Made by a program: the position numbers and the translations under genes. Source: Eledone cirrhosa (lineage: Eukaryota). From it: 64,000 bases of DNA. The stretch is from NCBI GenBank assembly GCA_964016885.1, contig OZ024758.1, forward strand, positions 29,760,001-29,824,000, read 5' to 3'. Positions within the stretch are counted from its first letter, which is position 1. Each line of letters opens with the position of its first letter. The notes beneath the pieces are model-generated. The model was not told the DNA's origin. It made no database searches and was given only the letters and a program-made list of their open reading frames with translations. Positions 42,001 through 51,293 of the stretch are shown here, one piece after another.

Positions 42001-44722
42001 ATAAAATTATTGGAAGTCATATAAGTCTTTTGCTATCATAAAATTATTGGAAGTCATGTAAGTCTTTTTTTTGTTCTATCATAAATTTATTAGAAGTAAT
42101 GTAAGTGTTTTTGTTGTTGCTATCATAAAATTATTGGAAGTCATGTAAGTCATTTTGTTGTTGCTATCATAAAATCATTGGAAGTCATGTAAGTGTTTTT
42201 GTTGTTGCTATCATAAAATCATTGGAAGTCATGTAAGTGTTTTTGTTGTTGCTATCATAAAATTATTGGAAGTCATGTAAGTGTTTTTGTTGTTGCTATC
42301 ATAACATTATTGGAAGTCATGTAAGTCTTTTTGTTGTTGCTATCATAAAATTATTGGAAGTCATGTAAGTCTTTTTGTTGTTGCTATCATAAAATTATTG
42401 GAAGTGATGTAAGTGTTTTTGTTGTTGCTATCATAAAATTATTCGAAGTCATGTAAGTCTTTTTGTTGTTGCTATCATAAAATTATTGGAAGTAATATAA
42501 GTGTTTTTGTTGTTGCTATCATAAAATTATTAGAAGTTATGTAAGTCTTTTAGTTGTTGCTATCATAAAATTATTAGAAGTCATGTAAGTCTTTTTGTTG
42601 TTGCTATCATAAAATTATTAGAAGTAATGTAAGTCTTTTTGTTGTTGCTATCATAAAATTATTGGAAGTCATGTAAGTGTTTTTGTTGTTGCTATCATAA
42701 AATTATTGGAAGTCATGTAAGTCTTTCTGTTGTTGCTATCATAAAATTATTGGTAGTGATGTAAGTGTTTTTGTTGTTGCTATCATAAAATTATTGGAAG
42801 TTATGTAAGTCTTTTTGTTGTTGCTATCATAATATTATTGGAAGTGATGTAAGTGTTTTTGTTGTTGCTATCATAAAATTATTGGAAGTCATGTAAGTCT
42901 TTTTGTTATTGCTATCATAAAATTATTGGAAGTCATGTAAGTGTTTTTGTTGCTATCATAAAATTATTGGAAGTCATATAAGTCTTTTGCTATCATAAAA
43001 TTATTGGAAGTCATGTAAGTCTTTTTTTTGTTCTATCATAAATTTATTAGAAGTAATGTAAGTGTTTTTGTTGTTGCTATCATAAAATTATTGGAAGTCA
43101 TGTAAGTCTTTTTGTTGTTGCTATCATAAAATTATTGGAAGTCATGTAAGTGTTTTTGTTGTTGCTATCATAAAATTATTGGAAGTCATGTAAGTCTTTT
43201 TTTTGTTGCTATCATAAAATTATCGGAAGTCATGTAAGTCTTTTTGCTGTTGCTATCATAAAATTATTGGAAGTCATGTAAGTCTTTTTTTTGTTGCTAT
43301 CATAAAATTATTGGAAGTCATATCAGACTTTTTGTTGTTGCTATCATAAAATTATTGGAAATCATGTAAGTCTTTTTGTTGTTGCTATCATAAAATTATT
43401 AGAAGTCATGTAAGTCATTTTGTTGTTGCTATCATAAAATTATTGGAAGTCATGCCAATCTAAGTCTTTTTATGGTTGCTATCATAAAATTATTGGAAGT
43501 CATGTAAGTCTTCTTGTTGCTATCATAAAATAAATTGGAAGTCATGTAAGTCTTTTTGTTGTTGCTATCATAATATTATTGGAAGTCATGTAAGTGTTTT
43601 TGTTGTTGCTATCATAAAATTATTGGAAGTCATGTCAGTGTTTTTGTTGTTGCTATCATAAAATTATTAGAAGTCATGTAAGTCATTTTGTTGTTGCTAT
43701 CATAAAATCATTGGAAGTCATGTAAGTGTTTTTGTTGTTGCTATCATAAAATCATTGGAAGTCATGTAAGTGTTTTTGTTGTTGCTATCATAAAATTATT
43801 GGAAGTCATGTAAGTGTTTTTGTTGTTGCTATCATAAAATTATTAGAAGTCATGTAAGTCATTTTGTTGTTGCTATCATAAAATTATTGGAAGTCATGTA
43901 AGTGTTTTTGTTGTTGCTATCATAAAATTATTGGAAGTCATGTAATTTTTTTGTTGTTGTTATCATAAAATAATTTGGAAGTCATGTAAGTGTTTTTGTT
44001 GTTGCTATCATAAAATTATTGGAAGTCATATAAGTCTTTTTGTTGTTGCTATCATAAAATTATTGGAAGTCATGTAAGTGTTTTTGTTGTTGCTATCATA
44101 AAATTATTGGAAGTGATGTAAGTCTTTTTGTTGTTCCTATCATAAAATTATTGGAAGTGATGTAAGTCTTTTTGTTGTTCCTATCATAAAATTATTGGAA
44201 GTCATGTAAGTCTTTTTGTTGTTGCTATCATAAAATTATTAGAAGTGATGTAAATCTTTTTGTTGTTGCTATCATAAAATTATTAGAAGTGATGTAAGTC
44301 TTTTTGTTGTTGCTATCATAAAATTATTGGAAGTCATGTAAATCTTTTTGTTGTTGCTATCATAAAATAATTTGGAAGTCATGTAAGTCTTTTTGTTGTT
44401 GCTATCATAAAATTATTGGAAGTCATGCCAATCTAAGTCTTTTTATGGTTGCTATCATAAAATTATTGGAAGTCATGTAAGTCTTCTTGTTGCTATCATA
44501 AAATAAATTGGAAGTCATGTAAGTCTTTTTGTTGTTGCTATCATAATATTATTGGAAGTCATGTAAGTCTTTTTGTTGTTGCTATCATAAAATTATTGGA
44601 AGTCATGTAAGTGTTTTTGTTGTTGCTATCATAAAATTATTGGAAGTCATGTCAGTGTTTTTGTTGTTGCTATCATAAAATTATTGGAAGTCATGTAAGT
44701 CTTTTTGTTGTTGCTATCATAA
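1..44722. repeat. 44-bp tandem satellite array, about 1000 monomers, continues beyond the left edge
   Basis: Consensus TTATTGGAAGTCATGTAAGTCTTTTTGTTGTTGCTATCATAAAA (20T/12A/8G/4C, 27% GC, no CpG) repeated head-to-tail without spacers. Recurrent SNV and indel variants give monomers of about 36-50 bp. Ends abruptly at ...GCTATCATAA|TAATATCAC. Confidence 0.99.
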
Positions 44723-44969
44723 TAATATCACATACACTCGCTTTCTCTGCGACTCTCATACTTACATCAACGCATACATACACATCTACACAACTCACCT
44801 TCCGCCATTCTTGCTCGGGCTCCATTCCCCCCCCCCCTCCAATAACCCTTACAAATTCCCTCACTCTTGCCTTACCAGATCTATACACTCCTCTCACTTT
44901 TTAATATTCTGTTGTTTTGTTAAATTCTGTTTTCTTTATATATTCCGTTTAATTTTGTTTCTATTTTAT

Positions 44970-45294
44970 GGAGGTGCATGGCTTAGAAGTTAGAGCATTG
45001 GCCTTGCAATCGAAAGTTTGCGAGTTCAATTCTCAGACCGGGAGATCTGTTGTTTCCTTGAGCAAAACACTTCATTGCTTCAGTTTACTCAGCTGTAGAA
45101 ATGAGATGATAGGGACTGGGGTCCCTATCATTCCACTGTAAAATGATCGTGGAGGTGCCACAGCAAAAAAGCACCCAGCACTCACTGCAAATGAGGTTGG
45201 TGTTAGGAAGGGCATCCAGTTGTAGAAATCAAGCCAGAATCAGTTCCCGTCCCACCCCAGGGAAAAGTGGACGTAAAATGGTGATGATGATGAT
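44970..45294 (+). mobile_element. tRNA-derived CORE-like SINE, family A
   Basis: A-box-like TGGCTTAGAAGTTAGAGC, B-box-like GAGTTCAATTC, CORE-like CCTTGAGCAAAACACTT...CAGTTTACTCAGCTGTAGAAATGAG and a (TGA)n tail. Near-identical to 51294-51646 and 47718-48193. Confidence 0.88.
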
Positions 45295-45400
45295 TTCCAC
45301 TTCATGTTTTATATTTAATTTTATTTCAATTTTTCCTGGTCTCTCATTATTTTTTCGCTAACTCCCTCCTCACACCTTCTCAGAGTTCCTACCCCGCAAT

Positions 45401-45436
45401 CTCCTGATGAAGGACTTATGTCCGAAACGTTGTAGG
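45401..45436 (+). ncRNA. minimal hammerhead-like motif (Penelope-type), possibly degenerate
   Basis: CTGATGA-A-GGAC-ttat-GTCC-GAAAC-GTTGTA. Core boxes and a 4-bp stem II are present, but there is an extra A and stems I and III are weak. Confidence 0.45.
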
Positions 45437-45725
45437 CACCCCACACTCCCTACTCTCACCAAGCGTGAAACTAATAACATTATGTAACATTTATTATAAT
45501 GCTCGGTGTGTTTGTAAACAAACATCCCGTATAAGCCGTAGTGTCTAGCAACCATTGTTGCTCGTTTATTCAACACTGACAAAGGAACGCTGTATTAGTT
45601 TCAAGCTTATTAGCTATCGTCAGCAACATATACCTTCCTGCCAGATTGTTGAACGTATATACTTACCTTATGCATATTAACGGCTGAGTAGCCCAATTTG
45701 CATATCGAGTGGGTTAATCGGCCGG

Positions 45726-45760
45726 GTGAAATAAAGTGTCTTGCTCAAGGAAACAACACA
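45726..45760 (-). mobile_element. short CORE-SINE fragment
   Basis: GTGAAATAAAGTGTCTTGCTCAAGGAAACAACAC is identical to the same segment of the SINE at about 48083-48116. Confidence 0.6.
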
Positions 45761-45769
45761 ATTAATATT

Positions 45770-45836
45770 AATATATATATATATATATATATTTAATATA
45801 TATATATATATATATATTTAATATATATATATATAC
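45770..45836. repeat. interrupted (TA)n microsatellite
   Basis: TA runs punctuated by TTTAA. Confidence 0.95.
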
Positions 45837-45872
45837 TTTGGTTAGATTATCAATATTAGTATTATTGGGGCA

Positions 45873-45999
45873 CCCACTGATGAATTATAGGAGCCCACTT
45901 GAATATATATCTATTGATGGTATACAAACTCCTACATAAATTGGTATAATTTCACCCAAATTGTAGGAATCCTATAATGAAACGAGACGTCCGTCTGGG
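45873..45999 (+). ncRNA. type I hammerhead ribozyme with long branched stem II
   Basis: Stem I CCCA(45873-76)/TGGG(45996-99); CTGATGA(45877-83); stem II ATTATAGGA(45884-92)/TCCTATAAT(45970-78); GAAA(45979-82); stem III CG/CG around AGACGTC; GTC cleavage triplet ending at 45995. Confidence 0.75.
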
Positions 46000-46226
46000 A
46001 AGAGATATATTCGATATGTCTCATATGAAATAATACAGCCAATTTTCCACACAATACTTTTAATTAGCATCCCAAACGCATAATTGCGAATATAATCACT
46101 TATTTCCTCATGTTTGTTGAGTGAGTTGGAATTTGGCCGGAGTATCGCTAAAAATCTTTCTCCGATATTGTATTTATTTATATATATAATATATATATAT
46201 ATACATATATATATATATCAAATATT

Positions 46227-46627
46227 ACCCAATTACACCTCTCAAAGGCGATGACACACGACCGTAACCTCTGGCGTCACGCAGTAATACAGAGTACCCG
46301 ATCTCCCATGGGTACAAGCTGAAGCATATAGACAATATGCCCCCACACCCCCCACTGCAAGGTGGTCGTGGAGGTGCCATGGCAAAAAAGCACCCAGCCC
46401 ACACTGTAAAGTGGACGTGTAGGCGCCACGAAAAAGCACCCAGCACTCACTGTAAATGAGGTTGGTGTTAGGAAGGGCATCCAGCTGTAGAAATCAAGCC
46501 AAATCAGTTCCTATATGAGCAAGGCATGGTCAGCCGACCAGACACTGCCCACAACAGGACAACCCGTCTAACCCATGCTAGCGTGGAAGAACGGACGTAA
46601 AACGGTGATGATGATGATGATGATGAT
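46227..46627 (+). mobile_element. 5'-truncated RTE-type LINE 3' end (ORF C-terminus, 3'UTR and (TGA)n tail)
   Basis: Frame from 46227 reads TQLHLSKAMTHDRNLWRHAVIQSTRSPMGTS* (stop 46320-22), with the RTE C-terminal DRxxWR signature. The 3'UTR is shared with SINE family A. Flanked by TA repeats. Confidence 0.7.
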
Positions 46628-47149
46628 ATATATTTAATATATATATATATAGTTAAAAGAATAGAGGTGTAACACACAAGTTATTATATATTGGTAAACG
46701 GAATAGAAAATGCTGACAAATTGTTCACAGTTGAAAAATGGTTTAATTAGGAATAAAAGAGTATTAGTGATTGTATGGGTTAGTATTCAGTTGTGGTTTT
46801 AAGTTTTTAAGTTTTTACCGGTTGCGCATTTCTAAATGCTTTTCAAAAATAATTTTGAGATAGAGTGTCCGTGTTGTTTGCTCTGATCACCATATTTTGA
46901 TTTAAAACTGAATTATCCACAAGTGTTTTTTAACCTTCATATCATGTCCTCCTGTTTTATCTGATGAAAACACAAATATTATTGCATTAGGATATTTGTT
47001 TTTGAAATGCGCATAATAAAATACATGGAACTCTTTTAACCATCTTTTGTTCTTATATATTATGTATACTCCAGTCCTACAAACTGTAGAGTGTTTCTTA
47101 TCCGATATCTGCATTGCTTTATTGTACTACAATAAAACTCACCTCCTAC

Positions 47150-47390
47150 ATATATATATTTAATATATATATGTATATATATATTTAATATATATATATA
47201 TATATATTTAATATATATATGTATATATATATTTAATATATATATGTATATATATATTTAATATATATATATATATTTAATATATATATGTATATATATA
47301 TTTAATATATATATGTATATATATATTTAATATATATATATATATATTTAATATATATATATATAATATATATATGTATATATATATTTA

Positions 47391-47423
<33 letters not shown>

Positions 47424-47497
47424 TATTTAATATATATATTTAATATATATATGTATATATATATTTAATATATATATACATATATATATATATATAT
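47150..47497. repeat. compound (TA)n microsatellite with recurring TTTAA and TG interruptions
   Basis: About 350 bp of TA runs with a repeating ATATGTATATATATATTTAAT pattern. Confidence 0.95.
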
Positions 47498-47584
47498 GTA
47501 TAACGAAGGAGATGTGGTAAGGAACCAGATGGACCATAACGCACCAGAGTACTCAATACTTAGGGTAGTAGAGTGGGTAATAGG

Positions 47585-47690
47585 AAAAAGTATGACCCCG
47601 ACGGCAGAGCTCAAGCTGTTTCGATGGCTATTTCAGTCCAGAAATAGCCGTCGAAACGGCTTGATCTCTGCCGTCGGGGTCATACTTTTT
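47585..47690. repeat. 106-bp fold-back palindrome containing the 3' half of a hammerhead
   Basis: 50-bp arms (47585-47634 / 47641-47690) with 3 differences and a 6-nt loop AGTCCA. The right arm has GAAA-CGGC-loop-GCCG-TC. Confidence 0.9.
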
Positions 47691-47717
47691 GCTATATATA
47701 TATATATATATATATAT

Positions 47718-48193
47718 TCATTTCATTTCATTTTACGTCCGCTTTTCCCTGCTTACAAGAGTGGGACGGGAACTGATTCTGGCTTGATTTCTACAGCTGG
47801 ATGCCCTTCCTAACACCAACCTCATTTACAGTGAGTGCTGGGTGCTTTTTTGCCGTGGCACCTGCATGACCACTTTACAGTGTGGGCTGGGTGCTTTTTT
47901 GACGTGACACCTCCACAACCACTTTACAGTGTGGGCTGGGTGCTTTTTTGCCGTGGCACCTCCACGACCACTTTGCAGTGGAATGATAGGGACTGGGGTC
48001 CCTATCATACCACTTTACAGTGGAATGATAGGGACCGGGGTCCCTATCATCTCATTTCTACAGCTGACTAAACTGGAGCAATGTGAAATAAAGTGTCTTG
48101 CTCAAGGAAACAACACATCACCCGGTATGAGAATTGATCTCACAACCTTTCAATTGCAAGGCCAATGCTCTAACCACTAAGCCATGTGCCTCC
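47718..48193 (-). mobile_element. SINE family A with internal tandem duplications
   Basis: Reverse complement of 51294-51646. The GCTGGGTGCTTTTTTG module occurs 3 times and the hairpin module twice. Flanked by (TA)n. Confidence 0.88.
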
Positions 48194-48593
48194 ATATATA
48201 TATAAAAAGATTCAGGACCGCGACAGCTGAGCTCCGGTCGTTTCGACAGCTCGACCCAAACTAAAGTGCCAGTATTCAAACTGTGGGAATCTAGCTGAAC
48301 TTATCAAGGGGTTCAGTCCATATATGGACAGACAGTCAAAACAAAAAAATATCTTAGAAGTTTGTTTTCCTCCAGGAGTGGTGAGAGACCTTGGGGGGGG
48401 GGGGGGAGTACCTTAGATCAAATGGCTGGTATAGTTCTGCTAAATGTTCTGTTATATTTATTACACTGTTGGTGGTGAGGGGGCTAGACAGACCAACAAG
48501 AGGGAATGAGTGGGTAGACTTACTGACCTGAAGGTGTCAAGCCAGTCAGTTGCGCACACACGCTATTACATATCAACTGTTGATATCCATCCA

Positions 48594-48778
48594 GAATTCT
48601 CTCACTTCTTTCTGTTCAAATCAGCTCTAACCAGCCACTCATACTGATGTTAAGGTATTGTTCTCAAAATAGATAATATAAAAATCTCATAGATTCGATA
48701 TTATGTGAGATAATTATGTAAGATAAAGCTTTTACCATGAAAAGATAGTAAATATAAAGTAATGGGAATGCTAAAGGG
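48594..48778 (-). mobile_element. piggyBac-like MITE with one intact end
   Basis: Ends AATGCTAAAGGG|TTAA. Inverted homologue of 49363-49922 once that copy's SINE insertions are removed. Confidence 0.7.
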
Positions 48779-48862
48779 TTAAAATAACAAGTAAAAATCT
48801 ATAAAAAAAAACAAACAAGACCCTTCCTCTCCTCTTCAAAAAAATTAAGTAAATTCAAAGAA

Positions 48863-49060
48863 GTGGTTAGAATGTCTGAAGAAAGAATTGCTGGACAGAT
48901 TTTATGGACAAAACCAACTGAACTTGGCTGGTCTCATCTGGGGATCTAGCTGGATCAGTTGGAGATGGTTGCTTCTGACAGGACCTGCTGGAAGGAGTGT
49001 TTGAGGACTGTGAACCCCATGACTGTCTCAGGAATATATGGGTGAAGAAGAAGAAGATGA
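48863..49060 (+). mobile_element. RTE LINE 3' fragment
   Basis: Aligns by eye to about 59842-60082 (GTGGTTAGAATGTCT...GGAAGGAGTGTTTGAGGACTG...GGGTGAAGAAGAAG) with an internal deletion; (GAA)n tail. Confidence 0.85.
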
Positions 49061-49404
49061 AGTAGAAGTAGAACCTAGGTGGTGAGAGTGAGGGAATGTT
49101 GTGTTTAGGGATGAAGGTGAGGTAAGGTGTGGAATAAGATTCAGGTTGGTAATCATGTGGTTTTAAAAGGGAGTGGTTAAATTTGAAGAAATTGGTGAAG
49201 TGACACTGAAGGTAAGGAGTGCCCTGAGAAGATGAAATGAAAGGAAATAAGGTCAATTGTAGGGGGACGGGTGTCTATTGTTTATTAGACAATATATAGA
49301 TTTAGGAGTAGCTATTTATATTAGTGTGTGTGTTTGCAGGTAGGTGTAAATGAATTTTTTAACCATTTAGCATTTCCATTACTCTATATATACTATTATA
49401 TTTT

Positions 49405-49561
49405 CGGACGCCATGCTTTGCAGCAAAGAGTTATGGCCCTTTATGGTCTGAGTTCAAATCCCGCCAAGGTTAACTTTGCCTTTCATCCTTGCGGGGTCGA
49501 TAAAATAAAGTACCAGTCATACACTGGGTATTTGCTGGCCTTGTGCCTATTGTAGAAACAG
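49405..49561 (+). mobile_element. SINE family B, 5'-truncated
   Basis: B-box GAGTTCAAATCC and central GCCTTTCATCCTTGCGGGGTCGATAAAATAAAGTACCAG (Meta/MESC-like domain, tentative). TSD about TTATATTTT. Confidence 0.85.
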
Positions 49562-49636
49562 TTATATTTTCATGTTAAAGGCTTTATCTCACATAATATC
49601 GAATCTACAAGATTTTGATGTTATTTATTTTGAGAA

Positions 49637-49831
49637 AGGTGATGGATAGGCAATATTTTTATCGGTAGAGCGTCAGACACCATGCTTTGCAGCATGGAGT
49701 TATGGCCCTTTACGTTATGAGTTCAAATCCCGCCGAAGTTAACTTTGTCTTTCATCCTTACAGGGTTGTTAAAATAAAGCATCAGTAATGTACTGGGATA
49801 ATTGCTGGCCTTGTGCGAAAAGTAGAAACAA
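49637..49831 (+). mobile_element. SINE family B
   Basis: Same family; perfect 16-bp TSD TTATTTATTTTGAGAA at 49621-36 and 49832-47. Confidence 0.88.
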
Positions 49832-50224
49832 TTATTTATTTTGAGAACAATACCTTAACATCAGTATGAGCAGCCAATTGCAGCCAGTTTGAACAGAAAG
49901 CGGTGAGAGAATTGTTAGAGGGTTAAACTTGTAAACGAGGTGTGTAGTTAATTTAGCAGAATTTTAGTGAGACAATTAATGAATTAAATAAAAAATCAAA
50001 TTTAAAAATAAATCATAATATAGAATATGTAAATCATATGAAACTATAAAAATGATAATAATATAAAATTTAAAATTAAATTAAATTAAAGAAATACTGG
50101 GTTAGTAAAGAAGTCTGGAAGATACCTATTGTAATTAAGAAGTGCTTATATAAATATAGTGTTTGTGTAGTGTCTTGTAGGTTTACAAGGATCGGCTGAC
50201 CAAGATATTCTTGTAGAATGACCA

Positions 50225-50508
50225 GTCTAAGTCTAAAGTCTGTCTTTAGCCAGAAGGTTCATTTGGCCGGTGCTTATCCCGGTTTCATAGCATTAAGTGA
50301 CTGAGTGTACAAGACTTACCCCTGGACAGGACGGCAGTCCATTGCAGGGTTAAACCCTCAGCTACTGCTGGTACTCATTTTCAGCTGAGTATACTGGAGC
50401 AATGTGAAATGAAGTGTTTTGCTCAAGAACACAACACACAACTTAGTCCAGGAATCAAACCCACAGCATTATGATCGTACGTCCAACACCCTTACCACTA
50501 GGCCACAC
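50225..50508 (-). mobile_element. tRNA-derived CORE-like SINE, family C (different tail)
   Basis: Minus strand: TGGCCTAGTGGTAAGG A box, GGTTTGATTCC B box and a CORE-like block shared with family A, then GGACTGCCGTCCTGTCCAGGGG and a (TTAGAC)-like tail. Confidence 0.8.
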
Positions 50509-50888
50509 ACATAGTATCAAACTGGATTGTAAACAAATATATAAACATATAAACACACTCGTATAAATTATACTATATACAGATTCAGGGCCTATGAGAA
50601 GGGGGTCCAGCCGGTACTTTGTTCCAGGGTCCAAGAGCTAAGAGGGGCCCACACCAACCATGCAATATCCATTTTGAGAAGAAAAAAAATTGCCTGCTTC
50701 GAGCCGCAGAGGGGTGTTGTAGCTACCGCCTTACAGAATTTCTCTTGGAGACCCAAAAGTTACACATTACATATGTACATATATAAAGTATAATACATAC
50801 ACCAAGTGGTGTTGTGCTGTCATGCTGTGTGAATGGTGTTCCTTACTATCAGAAACCATAATAATACGCCACGTGTGTTTGTATATTT

Positions 50889-51271
50889 CACACCTGCCAA
50901 CCTCTAAAAACACAAACGGGGAGTACCATGAAAGAAAAGTGTCCCAAAATGGGGAGAAATGAGGCAAAATTGGGGAGGTTTTATATAATTGTTTCTACTT
51001 TTGGCACAAGGCCAGCAATTACCCCAGAGCATTACTGGTACTTTATTTTATCGACCCCGTAAGGATGAAAGGCAAAGTTAACCTCGGCGGGATTTCAATT
51101 CAGAACATAAAGGGTCATAACTCTATGCTGTAAAGCATGGTGTCTGACGCTCTACCGATGCTGCCAATTCACCGAAAGCTATACCCATTTTTCACATGAG
51201 AAGACATCTCTCACCCACCCCAGAGTGGGTGAGAGATGTCCCCCGTCGGACGGGGAGAGTTGACAGGTCTG
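50889..51271. mobile_element. non-autonomous DNA transposon (MITE) with 6-bp TSD, interrupted by a SINE
   Basis: TIRs CACACCTGCCAAC / GTTGACAGGTCTG; ATATTT on both sides (50883-88, 51272-77). Confidence 0.65.
50985..51174 (-). mobile_element. SINE family B
   Basis: Reverse complement of the 59038-59229 copy. Confidence 0.88.
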
Positions 51272-51293
51272 ATATTTATACACACAAACAGAT

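Larger units (their letters stand above)
49363..49922 (+). mobile_element. piggyBac-like MITE interrupted by two SINEs
   Basis: TTAA|CCATTTAGCATT ... AATTGTTAGAGGG|TTAA, i.e. TTAA TSD and CCC/GGG-type ends. Confidence 0.72.

Noticed and set aside
1-44722. CRISPR array
   Set aside because: No unique spacers, monomers are contiguous, no cas genes, and the context is eukaryotic.
1-44722. Coding or telomeric repeat
   Set aside because: 44 is not a multiple of 3, stops are frequent, no ORF of 60 aa or more lies within it, and there is no TTAGGG-like unit.
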